Below are positions 45,050 through 54,767 of a stretch of 54,767 nt of DNA, one piece after another. Each line of letters starts with the position of its first letter. Within the stretch, counting starts at the first letter, position 1. The notes under the pieces were generated by a model, which was not told the DNA's origin, made no database searches, and saw nothing but the letters and a program-made list of their open reading frames with translations. Origin of the DNA: Actinomycetales bacterium (lineage in GTDB: Bacteria; Actinomycetota; Actinomycetes; Actinomycetales; Microbacteriaceae); assembly GCA_038319305.1 (NCBI GenBank), contig JBBQDC010000001.1, positions 1 through 54,767 on the forward strand, written 5' to 3'. The position numbers and the translations under genes were made by a program.

Positions 45050-45107
45050 GATGTCTCCTCGTCGACGACGTTGTCGGTGGGCTCCGCGGGCAGCGGACTT
45101 GGCCTTG

Positions 45108-45150
45108 AGCCTAGGAAGGAGAACGTTGCTTCAGCGTTGCAGAATCTTGC
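45108..45150 (-). promoter_or_regulatory. Putative aldehyde dehydrogenase promoter with direct-repeat activator site
   Basis: TAGGCT on minus (45113-45108); CGTTGC at 45124 and 45135, CTTGC at 45146. Confidence 0.45.
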
Positions 45151-46501
45151 GAGCGGGTCTCTCGGCGCCGGTCGGCTTGAGTTCTTCCTCGATCCGGCTC
45201 AGGCGTGCCACCACAGATGCCCGTTTCGGCGACCGGGCCGGCAGCAGCTCCAGGCACGCGCGCCAGACCTCGCTGTCGTAGGTGGCCTCGTCGGTGCGGG
45301 CGTATTCCAGCAGAAGGTCGGCGGAGGCGTCACTGAGCATGGCCTGCCGCAGCCGCGCCGAAATCTCCGCGCGGATCTCAACGATCCCGGGCGCGGTCGA
45401 GCTCGGGAGCACTGCACCGCGGTAGGCCCCCAGCGCCACCCGATGTGCGCCGCGCTCCAGGAAGGCCAGCACGCGCTGGGCGTCCAATTCGAGGGATGTC
45501 TCGAGCCGGTAGGGCCGGGAAGCGATGCTGATGCGGGGGCTGCTGTGTTTGAGCACCTTGCGCAGTCGCACCATCTCCGCGCGCAGGTTGTCGACTGCGT
45601 TGGCCTGGTCGGTGAGCAGCATGGACAACCGATCGGCCGAAAGCCCGTCTCGGTTCCATGCCAGCAGGGTGAGGATCTCCGCGTGCCGGGGGCTGATTTC
45701 CACCCTGCCGTCGGCGTTGTCGAGCTGGCCGTGGTCGCGGCCGAGCACCTCCAAGCTGGCCGGTGACGGCCGCTCAGAGGGTACCGGCGGTGCCGAACCG
45801 AAGAAGCGGGCCACCGTCGGTGAGGTCGCTGCCGCGCTCAGCCGCTGGATCCGCAGTTCCGCTTCCAGGGCTGCGACGGCCGCCTCCACAAGCGGGAGGG
45901 TCTGCGGGGCCACAGCCTCGTCGCCTCCCGTGATGTCGATGACGCCGAGGATGGAGCCGGATTGCGGATCGTGGATGGGTACGGCCGTGCAGCTCCAGGG
46001 ATGCGCCAGCTGGTTGAAATGCTCGGCCCGCTGAATCTGGATTCCGTGATTGAGGGCAAGCGCGGTGCCCGGAGCGCTCGTGCCGACCCGGCGCTCGGAC
46101 CAGTCTGACCCCTCGACGAACAGCATCCCCTCCGCCTTGTTCCGCACGGATCGGTCACCGTCGATCCAGAGCAGGCGGCCGAACTCGTCGCCGATGGCCA
46201 CGATCAGGCCGGAGTGGAAGGCGTGCCGGATGAGCAGGTTGTGCGCGACCGGGAGAACGGCGGCCAGCGGATGCCGGTCACGCAGCTCGCGCAGCTCGTC
46301 GGAGCTGAGTTCGGGTTCGGGGGCGAGCCTCAACGGATCGAGACTGAGGGAGAGCGACCGTTGCCAGGACTCCTGCACGAGCTTGCGCACGCCCGGACCG
46401 ATGAACCGCTCCGCGACGGCAGCCTCATGGGCTGCCGCCAGGGTCGCGTAGGAACCACCTCCGGATTCCCCGGCCGAACGAACGATCCACGGACTCGTCA
46501 T
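45131..46501 (-). CDS. GAF-domain transcriptional regulator (AcoR-like GAF plus winged-helix region)
   Basis: ESWQRS, WSERRVGTSAPGTAL, WSCTAVPIHDP, RHAEIL..LRAEMVRLRK..SRPYRL; GGAGG RBS before ATG 46501. Confidence 0.88.
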   Translation of the reverse strand: MTSPWIVRSAGESGGGSYATLAAAHEAAVAERFIGPGVRKLVQESWQRSLSLSLDPLRLAPEPELSSDELRELRDRHPLAAVLPVAHNLLIRHAFHSGLIVAIGDEFGRLLWIDGDRSVRNKAEGMLFVEGSDWSERRVGTSAPGTALALNHGIQIQRAEHFNQLAHPWSCTAVPIHDPQSGSILGVIDITGGDEAVAPQTLPLVEAAVAALEAELRIQRLSAAATSPTVARFFGSAPPVPSERPSPASLEVLGRDHGQLDNADGRVEISPRHAEILTLLAWNRDGLSADRLSMLLTDQANAVDNLRAEMVRLRKVLKHSSPRISIASRPYRLETSLELDAQRVLAFLERGAHRVALGAYRGAVLPSSTAPGIVEIRAEISARLRQAMLSDASADLLLEYARTDEATYDSEVWRACLELLPARSPKRASVVARLSRIEEELKPTGAERPARKILQR

Positions 46502-46583
46502 CAAACCTCCGAACAACCTTGGTCAGCGGTGACCGGGTACGCCCGGATTGGCTCAGTCTAGGCCCAGCGATGCGGCGCGCCGG

Positions 46584-47702
46584 TTAGGAGCCGATCTCCT
46601 GATAGGCGGCGAAGAGCAGAGACGAGTCTGGTCCCTCGAGCACGGTCGGCTTGCCGATGTCGTCGAGCACGATGAAACGCAGCATGCCGCTGCGGGTCTT
46701 CTTATCGCGCTGCATCGTGGCGAGGAGGGTGTTCCAGCGGCCGACCGGGTAGGTGGTGGGCAGGGTGAGCGATTCGAGAATGCGACGGTGCCGGTCGACG
46801 GCCTCGTCCGAGAGCCGACCACTCAGCCGCGCGACCTCGGCCGCGAACATCATGCCTACGGCGACGGCCGCCCCGTGGCGCCAGCCGTAGCGTTCGGCGT
46901 GCTCGACCGCGTGGCCGAGCGTGTGCCCGTAGTTCAGGATCTCGCGCAGGCCCGACTCCTTGAAGTCCTCCCCTACGACCCTGGCCTTCATTCCGATCGC
47001 GAGTTCGAGCACGCGCCGGAACTGCGGGGTGTGTGGGTCGGTGACGGCCGCGACATCCGCTTCGACAATGTCGAGGATCTCGGGAAGCTGAATGAAGCCT
47101 GCCTTCACGATCTCGGCGAAGCCGGCCAGGATCTCGTTGCGCGGCAGGTCGTCGAGCACGTCCAGGTCGCAGATGACGGCGGCAGGCGCGTAGAAGGTGC
47201 CCACGAGGTTCTTGCCCTCTGCGGTGTTGATCCCGTTCTTGCCGCCGACGGCCGCGTCGACCATGCCGAGAACGCTGGTCGGGATCTGCACGAGGCGCAC
47301 GCCGCGCAGCCAGGTTGCGGCGACGAAGCCGGCCAGGTCGGTGACGGCGCCACCGCCGAAGCCGATGACGGCATCCGTGCGGCTGAAGTCGCCCTGTCCC
47401 ATGACCTGCCAGCAGAAGGCGGCCACCTCGACGCGCTTGGCAGCCTCGGCATCTGGCACTTCGGCGATCAGCACCTCGAACTTGCCGAGCAGGCTCTCGC
47501 GCAGGGCGACGGCGCGAGCACCCAGGTGGGAGGTGTGCACGATGAGAACCTTGGCCACCTTCGGGCCGAGCTGTTCGACGACGTCGTCGATGAGGCCGCG
47601 CCCGATCAGCACGGGGTAGCTGTCGGTGCCCGCAACCGTGATGACGGTGGTGGCTGCCTCGGTGGCGGGCTTGGTGGTATCAGGCACAGGTGCTCCGGTC
47701 AT
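46584..47702 (-). CDS. aroB: 3-dehydroquinate synthase
   Basis: GGGAVTDLAGF, DAAVGGKNGIN, LNYGHTLGHAVE, HGAAV; ATGA overlap with the aroK stop. Confidence 0.97.
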   Translation of the reverse strand: MTGAPVPDTTKPATEAATTVITVAGTDSYPVLIGRGLIDDVVEQLGPKVAKVLIVHTSHLGARAVALRESLLGKFEVLIAEVPDAEAAKRVEVAAFCWQVMGQGDFSRTDAVIGFGGGAVTDLAGFVAATWLRGVRLVQIPTSVLGMVDAAVGGKNGINTAEGKNLVGTFYAPAAVICDLDVLDDLPRNEILAGFAEIVKAGFIQLPEILDIVEADVAAVTDPHTPQFRRVLELAIGMKARVVGEDFKESGLREILNYGHTLGHAVEHAERYGWRHGAAVAVGMMFAAEVARLSGRLSDEAVDRHRRILESLTLPTTYPVGRWNTLLATMQRDKKTRSGMLRFIVLDDIGKPTVLEGPDSSLLFAAYQEIGS

Positions 47703-48214
47703 GATCTTTTCTGGGTCCATGTGACGACGTCATCAGCGATGGCGTCCAGGGGACGGTGTGAGGTATCGAAGCGGATGCCGGCCAGCGCCTCATAAAGGGG
47801 GCGCCGTTCTGCATAGATGCGCTTCCAGTCGGTGATGCCGCCCTTCAGCAGAGGCCGTTTGGCTCCGCCAATCCGTGCTCTCACGGCGCGAGCGGACACG
47901 CTCAGGTACACCACGGAGCACCCGGCCAGGTCGGCCTGGGTCTCCACATCGAGCACGGCTCCCCCGCCGAGCGAGACAACGGCCTGCTCGGTGATTGCCT
48001 GTGCCACGGCCCGGCGTTCGAGCGCTCGGAAGTGTTCCTCGCCGTGCTGCTCGAAGATGTCCTTGATCGGCCCGTGCTCGGCGACGATGCGATGGTCGGT
48101 GTCGATGAACGGCACCTCGAGGGCCCTGGCCACGCGGCGGCCGATCTTGGTCTTGCCGGCAGCCATGGGCCCGATGAAGACGAGAGGCAGGATCGGATGC
48201 GTCGGCGCGGCCAT
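47699..48214 (-). CDS. aroK: Shikimate kinase
   Basis: GPMAAGKT, DTD, GEEHFRALE, SLGGG, RPLL. Confidence 0.95.
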   Translation of the reverse strand: MAAPTHPILPLVFIGPMAAGKTKIGRRVARALEVPFIDTDHRIVAEHGPIKDIFEQHGEEHFRALERRAVAQAITEQAVVSLGGGAVLDVETQADLAGCSVVYLSVSARAVRARIGGAKRPLLKGGITDWKRIYAERRPLYEALAGIRFDTSHRPLDAIADDVVTWTQKRS

Positions 48215-48232
48215 TGCGGGGAGTCCGGCGGT

Positions 48233-49438
48233 CTAGAGGGAAGCGTCGCTGGACGCGCCCGACTGGAGGTTCGCCGGGATGTTGGCCAGGTAGGAGTCCA
48301 GATTTCGGCGGGTTTCGACGATCGAGTCGCCGCCGAACTTCTCCAGGACCGAGTTCGCGAGCACCAGGGCGACCATCGCTTCGGCAACCACGCCGGCGGC
48401 AGGCACGGCACAGACATCCGACCGCTGGTGGTGCGCCGGGGCGGCCTCGCTCGTGGCCACGTCAACCGTGCGGAGCGCGCGCGGGATGGTGGAAATGGGC
48501 TTCATTCCGGCGCGCACGCGCAGAACTGTCCCGGTGCTCATGCCGCCTTCGGTGCCGCCGGCCCTGTCGCTGACGCGCTGGATGCGACCGTCGGATTGCA
48601 CGAGCTCGTCGTGGGCCTCAGAGCCGCGCCGGGTGGTGGTCAGGAAACCGTCGCCGACTTCGACGCCCTTGATAGCTTGGATGCCCATCAGAGCCGCCGC
48701 CAACTGCGAATCGAGGCGGCGGTCCCAGTGCACGAACGAACCGAGTCCGGGGGGAAGGTTGTAGGCCAGCACCTCCACGACGCCGCCAAGGGTGTCACCG
48801 TCTTTGTGAGCCAGATCGACCTCGGCCACCATCCGGGCAGAGGTGGCGGCGTCGAAGCAACGCAGGGGGTCGGCGTCGAGGGCCGCGACGTCACCGGGTG
48901 CGGGAAGAAGCGCGTTCTCAGGCACACGGACCGACCCGATCGACAGAGTGTGACTGACCAGGCTGATGCCGAGCTCAGCCAGGAACGAGCGGGCGACGGC
49001 ACCGAGCGCGACACGGGCGGCGGTTTCCCGGGCGCTGGCACGCTCGAGCACCGGTCGGGCCTCGTCGAAGCCGTACTTCTGCATGCCGACCAGGTCGGCG
49101 TGACCGGGGCGGGGGCGGGTCAGCGGGGCGCCGCGACCGCGGCCGGCTGTGGTCTCCACCGACTCGGGGCTCATCACCTCGACCCACTTGGGCCATTCGG
49201 TGTTGCCGATCCGCAGGGCAACCGGCCCACCCATGGTGAAACCGTGGCGCACGCCGCCGGAGATGTTCAGTTCGTCCTGCTCGAACTTCATGCGCGCGCC
49301 GCGGCCGTAGCCGAGTTTGCGGCGCGCAAGGTCGAGGCGGATCGCATCTAGAGTGACCGGGATTCCAGCGGGCAAACCCTCGACAATAGCGATGAGTTCG
49401 GGACCGTGGGACTCTCCGGCAGTGAGCCAACGAAGCAT
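48233..49438 (-). CDS. aroC: Chorismate synthase
   Basis: [37 protein letters not shown]. Confidence 0.98.
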   Translation of the reverse strand: MLRWLTAGESHGPELIAIVEGLPAGIPVTLDAIRLDLARRKLGYGRGARMKFEQDELNISGGVRHGFTMGGPVALRIGNTEWPKWVEVMSPESVETTAGRGRGAPLTRPRPGHADLVGMQKYGFDEARPVLERASARETAARVALGAVARSFLAELGISLVSHTLSIGSVRVPENALLPAPGDVAALDADPLRCFDAATSARMVAEVDLAHKDGDTLGGVVEVLAYNLPPGLGSFVHWDRRLDSQLAAALMGIQAIKGVEVGDGFLTTTRRGSEAHDELVQSDGRIQRVSDRAGGTEGGMSTGTVLRVRAGMKPISTIPRALRTVDVATSEAAPAHHQRSDVCAVPAAGVVAEAMVALVLANSVLEKFGGDSIVETRRNLDSYLANIPANLQSGASSDASL

Positions 49439-49443
49439 GACCA

Positions 49444-50325
49444 CTATCCTGTCACAGCCTGTCGGGTCAGGGCGCCGCGCATGGCCTGCAGCACCGCGTC
49501 CTCGTTCGGCAGCGGCTCGAACGGGTCACCGGAGACGAATATTCGCACCTGGATCAGAGCCTGGTGCAGCAGCATCCCCTCGCCGGACACCGCTGTGCCG
49601 CCGGCTGACGACCAGGACTGAGCGAGGGTGCTGGGCCAGGGTGAATAGCTCACGTCGAACAGGAGCGCCTGCCGGCGCAGCGCGGCCGGGAACTCGGCGC
49701 CCGGGGCGCTGCCCCCAGGCAGGGTGCTGATCACCAGTTCGCTGACGCGCGCCGGGCTCGGCAGATCGGTCAGCGGGAAGACCGTGACCACAACCCCGAG
49801 GCTGTGCCCGAGGTCGATCAGGTTGGCAGCCTTCGCCGGGGTACGCACGAGAATGTCGACCATCTCCGCCCCCAGCTCGGCCGCGGCGACGAGAGCGGAT
49901 GCCGCGGTTGCGCCGGCGCCGAGCAGGGTCACGTGCACCGCACGCCGCACCCCGGCTTCGGCAAGGGCGCGCACCAAGCCGGTGACGTCCGTGTTGAAAC
50001 CCTGCAGCGTGCGCCGGCCGTCGGCCTCGCCGATCAGCACCGTGTTGACGGATCCGGTCTGAGCGGCGACCCGGTCGACGCCATCGAGGTGCGCCTGCAC
50101 CTCGTGCTTGAGGGGCATCGTGAGAGAGAGGCCGAGCCAGTAGGCACCCTGGGATTCGAGGAAGGCCGGCAGCCCGTCGGCAGAAACCTGCACGGCGTCG
50201 TAACGCCAGTCCAGGCCCAGCGCTTTGTAGGCGGCGCGGTGCAGCGTCGGCGAGAGGGAGTGCTCGATGGGTGAGCCCAGAACCGCGAGGCGCCGCGCGG
50301 GGGCGGATGAGACTGGCTCAGCCAT
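49444..50325 (-). CDS. aroE: Shikimate dehydrogenase
   Basis: [33 protein letters not shown]; start estimated at ATG 50325. Confidence 0.94.
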   Translation of the reverse strand: MAEPVSSAPARRLAVLGSPIEHSLSPTLHRAAYKALGLDWRYDAVQVSADGLPAFLESQGAYWLGLSLTMPLKHEVQAHLDGVDRVAAQTGSVNTVLIGEADGRRTLQGFNTDVTGLVRALAEAGVRRAVHVTLLGAGATAASALVAAAELGAEMVDILVRTPAKAANLIDLGHSLGVVVTVFPLTDLPSPARVSELVISTLPGGSAPGAEFPAALRRQALLFDVSYSPWPSTLAQSWSSAGGTAVSGEGMLLHQALIQVRIFVSGDPFEPLPNEDAVLQAMRGALTRQAVTG

Positions 50326-51568
50326 ATTCGGGGTGCTCCTCCATCCAGGCCAGCCATTTGGCAACAGCGGTGTCATGCTCCTCGATCGTGGTGGAGAAGA
50401 TCGTCTCCCCCGTGTCGAGGTTCCAGGACACGAAGTACAGCCAGGAGCCGTCGGCCGGGTTAACTGCGGCATCGATCGCGATGTCGCCCGGGTTCGAGAT
50501 CGGTCCGACTGGCAGCCCAGGGTGCACATAGGTGTTGTAGGAGTTGGCGGCGTCGGCACGTTCGGCATCCGTTGTCTTCACACGGTCCGTCGCCCCGGTA
50601 CCGTAGGCCACGGTGGCGTCGGACTGCAGGAGTCCGCTCTCCCACTGTGCCGGGTCGAGCCGGTTCAGGAAAACGCGGGAGACCTTGTAAAAGTCCTCTG
50701 TGAGGCCTGCCTCGCGCTGGATCAGGGCCGCGAGCACGATGGTCCGCCACCGGTTCTCGGGTGCGATGCCGGCGGTGTCGAGGGCCTCGAACTGGCGGTC
50801 GACCAGTGTGCGAATGGCTTCGGGCGCCGTGGTCTCCGGAGGGAACGTGTAGGTGGCCGGGAACAGGAACCCCTCCAGGGTGGTGGCCTCGGCAGGAAGT
50901 CCGTAGGGCGCCACGTCGGCGGCCGCAGCCTTGAGATCAGCCAGGGAAATGCTGGTGCCCTCACTGATCAGTTGAAGCACCGACGTGGTCGTGGTTCCTT
51001 CCGGAATCACCACCGTCTGTTCGAGCTTGTTGTCCGCGTCGAGCAGGGCGTCGAGGGCGGCGCGGCCGCTCATCTTGCTGGCAAGGCGATAAGCGCCAGG
51101 CTGGAACACGGGCGCCGGCGTTTCCGCGCGCAGCAGCTGGTAGAACGCGTCGTAGCTCTTCACCACGTCCTGGTCGACGAGGGATTTCGCGATGTCCTGA
51201 CCCGTTTCACCCTCGTGGATCATCACCACGACCTCTGTATCGCCGGCGCCGTCGTAATCTGCCGGTCCCTGCACCATGGCAATCACCAGTCCGATCGGTT
51301 CCTGGAGCAGGACGGCGGCTCCACCGGCGAGTCCAACCATGACCAGGAAGACGATCAGGCAGCCCCAGGCGCCCCGACGGCTCTTCTTCTGCGGCACTGA
51401 TGCGGAATCCAGCAGAGCGCGACGACTCGACCGGGTGCCCTCGTCACGGGACACCCGGATCGCCCGGCGCGAGCTGAGCAGATCGGTCGGGTCGGTCGGG
51501 TCGGTGGCTTCGCTTGGATCGCTTGGATCGCTTGGAGGTCCGGTGGTATCGGCGGGAGGAGGTGTCAT
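50318..51568 (-). CDS. mltG: Endolytic transglycosylase MltG
   Basis: TM, IPEG, EGFLFPATY, LIQRE, LQSD, YNTY..GLPVGPISNPG, LYFV. Confidence 0.93.
   Translation of the reverse strand: MTPPPADTTGPPSDPSDPSEATDPTDPTDLLSSRRAIRVSRDEGTRSSRRALLDSASVPQKKSRRGAWGCLIVFLVMVGLAGGAAVLLQEPIGLVIAMVQGPADYDGAGDTEVVVMIHEGETGQDIAKSLVDQDVVKSYDAFYQLLRAETPAPVFQPGAYRLASKMSGRAALDALLDADNKLEQTVVIPEGTTTTSVLQLISEGTSISLADLKAAAADVAPYGLPAEATTLEGFLFPATYTFPPETTAPEAIRTLVDRQFEALDTAGIAPENRWRTIVLAALIQREAGLTEDFYKVSRVFLNRLDPAQWESGLLQSDATVAYGTGATDRVKTTDAERADAANSYNTYVHPGLPVGPISNPGDIAIDAAVNPADGSWLYFVSWNLDTGETIFSTTIEEHDTAVAKWLAWMEEHPEYG
51482..51537. repeat. In-frame 9-bp tandem repeats in the mltG 5' region
   Basis: (TCGGTCGGG)n and (TCGCTTGGA)x3, encoding PSDPSDPSE..TDPTDPTD. 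Confidence 0.7.
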
Positions 51569-52089
51569 CGTTGAGGCTGCCCTTCATTCGGTGCGGCAGC
51601 TGGGGGAACGGCAGCTGAAAGCGGGTCAGGCCCGGGCTCCACGGCGGTGCCGGCAGGCGTGCCCAGGGTGCGCTCGGTGTCGAGGGCGTGCTGGAGGATG
51701 ATGACGGCGGCGACCTGGTCGACCACGGGCTTCTGAGCTTTGGCCTTCCGCCCCGCCGCACGCAGAACCGACTGCGCCGCCACCGTGGAGAGGCGCTCAT
51801 CGACCAGGCGCACCGGAACGGTCAGGGATCTGGCCAGAAGTTCGGCGAACCCTACCGCATCCTCTGTCGACGCCGTCCTGCTGCCTGAGAGCGCGAGCGG
51901 CAGCCCGACCACAACCTCGACGGCGTCGACCTCGGCCACCACGGCCATGATCCGAGCCACATCCAGGCTGCCCGAGTGGTCGCGGTGGACGGTCTCGACC
52001 GGGGTCGCCAGCATGCCGTGCGAGTCGCTGCGGGCCAGACCGATCCGGGCTTTCCCGACATCAACCCCGACCCGCACACCGTGACGCAT
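51565..52089 (-). CDS. ruvX: YqgF/RuvX pre-16S rRNA nuclease
   Basis: GVDVGKARIGLA.SD, VVGLP, VDERLST, VDQVAAVIIL. Confidence 0.95.
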   Translation of the reverse strand: MRHGVRVGVDVGKARIGLARSDSHGMLATPVETVHRDHSGSLDVARIMAVVAEVDAVEVVVGLPLALSGSRTASTEDAVGFAELLARSLTVPVRLVDERLSTVAAQSVLRAAGRKAKAQKPVVDQVAAVIILQHALDTERTLGTPAGTAVEPGPDPLSAAVPPAAAPNEGQPQR

Positions 52090-52093
52090 GAGT

Positions 52094-54748
52094 TCAGCCT
52101 GCTATGGCAGATCGAACGGCCGCGAGGGCGTTCGGGATGGCGGCGACGTTGGTGCCGCCGCCCTGGGCGAGGTCGTCCTTGCCGCCGCCACCGCCGCCGA
52201 GGATACCGGCGACCTGCTTCGCCAGGGCACCGGAGCGATGGCCGGCCTCCCGGGCAGCAGGGTTGGTGGCCACGATGACGACGGGCTTGTCGGCGACCAC
52301 GGCCGCAAGGGCCACGACCGCCGGCGTGCTGCCGAGCTGGGTGCGCGTGGCCGTGACCAGCATGCGCAGGTCGTCGGCGGAGCCCAGCGTGCCGACATGC
52401 TCGGCCACGACGCTGACGGAACCCGCCAGCGCGGCCGAGGCAACGAGGGAAGGTACCTTGTCGGAGAGTGCCCGCGCCTCGAATACGGCGATCTTCTTCT
52501 CGGCGGCCTTGAGGCTCAGCACGAGCTCATTGATGCGCTCGGGCAGCTGCTCCCGGGGCGTCTTCAGATTCGCGGTTAGCTGGGAGACCAGGGCGCGCTC
52601 GGCGGCCAAATCGCGGAAGGCCTCGAGGCCCACCAGCGATTCCACCCGGCGATTCGTGGAACCGACCGAGCCTTCACTGACGAGGCTGATCATGCCGATC
52701 TCGGCGCTGGAGCTGACATGGGTTCCGGCACACAGCTCACGCGACCAGGGGCCACCGATGTCGACGACACGCACACGATCGCCGTACTTCTCGCTGAACA
52801 GGGCCATCGCACCGAGCGCTTTAGCCTCGGCCAGAGGGAGTTCCCGGGTGAGCACCGGCAGATTGTCCCGGATGGCATTGTTGGAGATCTCTTCGATCTC
52901 GCTGCGGGTCGCCGGGGACAGCGCCTGGTTCCAGGAGAAGTCCAGGCGGAAAAAGCCGGCCTTGTTGTATGAGCCGGACTGGTGGGCGTTCGGGCCGAGT
53001 ACCTGGCGCAAGGCGGCGTGCAGAACGTGGGTGCCGGAGTGCGCCTGGCGGGCGCCGCGACGCCAGTCAGGGTCGACCACACTGGTGGCGGCGTCCCCGA
53101 CGCCGACCTCACCGGACCGCACCTGCACCTTGTGGCTGATCAGACCCTTGACCGGCTTCTGTACGTCGAGCACCTCGAGCTCGTAGCCGGTGCCCACGAT
53201 CAGGCCGGCGTCGGCCTCCTGGCCGCCCGATTCCGCGTAAAGGGCGGTCTCGGCCAGGATCACCTCGGCGATCTCGCCGGAGACGGCTCGGTCGACGGAG
53301 AGCCCGTCCACGATGATCCCGAGCACGCTGGATTCCGTCTTCAGGGCGTCGTAACCGGTAAAGACGGTCTCCCCTGCCGCACGGAAGACGCTGTAGACCG
53401 ACAGATCGGCGAGGTGCGTCTTCTTGGCCTTGGCGTCGGCCTTGGCCATTGCGCGCTGCTTGGCCATCAGAGTGTCGAAGGCCTCGCGATTGACGCTGAG
53501 CCCGGCCTCCTCGGCCATCTCGAGGGTGATCTCGATCGGGAAGCCGTAGGTGTCGTGCAGGAGGAACGCGGTGTCACCCGGAAGAATGGTCTTGTCGGCC
53601 TTCTTCGTCTTCGCGACGGCGAGATCCAGCACAGCACTCCCGCTGGCGAGGGTGCGGAGGAAGGTCTCCTCCTCCGCGTAGGCGGCCTGGCTGATGCGAG
53701 CGTAGTCGGCCTTGACCTCAGGGTAGGCGCCGGCCATGGCGTCGCGCGAGGCCGGGAACAGTTCGGGGAAGGTCGCGGCGTCGACGCCGAGGAGGCGCAT
53801 GGCACGCACGCTGCGGCGCATCAGGCGACGCAGGATGTACCCGCGCCCCTCGTTGGATGGCATCACACCGTCGCTCATCAGCATCAGGGATGAGCGCACA
53901 TGGTCGGCGACGATGCGCATCCGCACGTCGTCGTCGTGCACGGCGCCGTAACGGCGACCGGACAGCTCAGCGGCCCGGTCGAGAACCGGACGGACCTGGT
54001 CGATCTCATACATGTTCTGCACGCCCTGTTTAAGGAAGGCCACGCGCTCCAGACCCATGCCGGTGTCGATGTTCTTCTTCGGCAGGTCGCCGAGGATGAC
54101 GAAGTCGTTCTTGCTGGTGCCCTCACCGCGCAGATACTGCATGAAGACGAGGTTCCAGATTTCGACATAACGGTCGTCGTCGGTGGCCGGGCCGCCATCG
54201 ATGCCGTAGGCAGGGCCGCGGTCGAAGAAGATCTCGGAGCAGGGTCCGGCAGGCCCGGGCTGGCCTGTAGACCAGTAGTTGGTGTCCATCCCGAGACGCT
54301 GGATGCGGTGCTCGGGCAGGCCGAGGGCGCGCCAGTAGCGGAAGGCTTCGTCGTCATCCTCGTAGACGGTGACCCAGAGGTCTTTCTCGGCAAAGCCGTA
54401 GCCGCCGTCTGACTCGGAGCTGGTGAGCAGCTCCCAGGCGTAGCCGATCGCCTGTTCCTTGAAATAATCACCGAACGAGAAGTTGCCGTTCATCTGGAAG
54501 AAAGTACCGTGACGCGGCGTCTTGCCGACCTCTTCGATGTCGTTGGTGCGGATGCATTTCTGCACACTCGTCGCCCGCGGGTACGGGGCCGGTACCAGAC
54601 CGGTCAGGTACGGCACGAACGGGACCATTCCGGCCACCGTGAAGAGGAGTGTCGGGTCGTCGCTGACAAGCGAAGCGGAGGGGACAACGGTGTGTCCGCG
54701 ATCAGCAAAGAAGTCGAGCCAGCGCCCGCGAATTTCAGCAGTCTGCAT
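52094..54748 (-). CDS. alaS: Alanine--tRNA ligase
   Basis: DPTLLFTVAGM, EIWNLVFMQ, IDTGMGLER, HSGTH..ELCAGTH, GGGGGK..AQGG. Confidence 0.99.
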   Translation of the reverse strand: MQTAEIRGRWLDFFADRGHTVVPSASLVSDDPTLLFTVAGMVPFVPYLTGLVPAPYPRATSVQKCIRTNDIEEVGKTPRHGTFFQMNGNFSFGDYFKEQAIGYAWELLTSSESDGGYGFAEKDLWVTVYEDDDEAFRYWRALGLPEHRIQRLGMDTNYWSTGQPGPAGPCSEIFFDRGPAYGIDGGPATDDDRYVEIWNLVFMQYLRGEGTSKNDFVILGDLPKKNIDTGMGLERVAFLKQGVQNMYEIDQVRPVLDRAAELSGRRYGAVHDDDVRMRIVADHVRSSLMLMSDGVMPSNEGRGYILRRLMRRSVRAMRLLGVDAATFPELFPASRDAMAGAYPEVKADYARISQAAYAEEETFLRTLASGSAVLDLAVAKTKKADKTILPGDTAFLLHDTYGFPIEITLEMAEEAGLSVNREAFDTLMAKQRAMAKADAKAKKTHLADLSVYSVFRAAGETVFTGYDALKTESSVLGIIVDGLSVDRAVSGEIAEVILAETALYAESGGQEADAGLIVGTGYELEVLDVQKPVKGLISHKVQVRSGEVGVGDAATSVVDPDWRRGARQAHSGTHVLHAALRQVLGPNAHQSGSYNKAGFFRLDFSWNQALSPATRSEIEEISNNAIRDNLPVLTRELPLAEAKALGAMALFSEKYGDRVRVVDIGGPWSRELCAGTHVSSSAEIGMISLVSEGSVGSTNRRVESLVGLEAFRDLAAERALVSQLTANLKTPREQLPERINELVLSLKAAEKKIAVFEARALSDKVPSLVASAALAGSVSVVAEHVGTLGSADDLRMLVTATRTQLGSTPAVVALAAVVADKPVVIVATNPAAREAGHRSGALAKQVAGILGGGGGGKDDLAQGGGTNVAAIPNALAAVRSAIAG

Positions 54749-54767
54749 TAGTTCCGTAGTTCGTTGT

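Overview
High-GC actinobacterial chromosome segment; gene order and protein style suggest Microbacteriaceae (inference). About 85% is a conserved minus-strand housekeeping block, read in transcription order: alaS-ruvX-mltG-aroE-aroC-aroK-aroB, aroQ-efp-nusB, pyrR-pyrB-pyrC-orf-carA-carB-pyrF-(mIHF::gmk)-rpoZ-coaBC-metK-priA-fmt-rsmB-rpe-hisE-hisG-hisF-hisI-trpE-orf-orf-trpC-trpB-trpA-lgt-gltB-gltD-pyk, then an ANTAR response regulator divergent from tRNA-Leu(CAA). Three accessory patches interrupt it. (1) Next to the tRNA (1086-3098) is a coupled three-gene operon: an IrrE/ImmA-like HExxH metallopeptidase, a 7-TM protein with a MAB_1171c/DUF6545-like tail, and an EspR-like HTH protein. It is preceded by a perfect 14-bp inverted repeat that overlaps two symmetric divergent -10 boxes. 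This is the best candidate for an uncharacterised signalling system. (2) A lone secreted protein with an ECF-type promoter sits between pyrR and nusB. (3) A ~6.4 kb insert splits aroB from aroQ (non-native-type heme O synthase, DUF1508 protein, extra signal peptidase, SixA-like phosphatase, GAF regulator-aldehyde dehydrogenase-DUF779). No CRISPR array, rRNA, integrase or transposase was seen. All family assignments are by eye from motifs; no searches were run, and several start codons were re-chosen manually.
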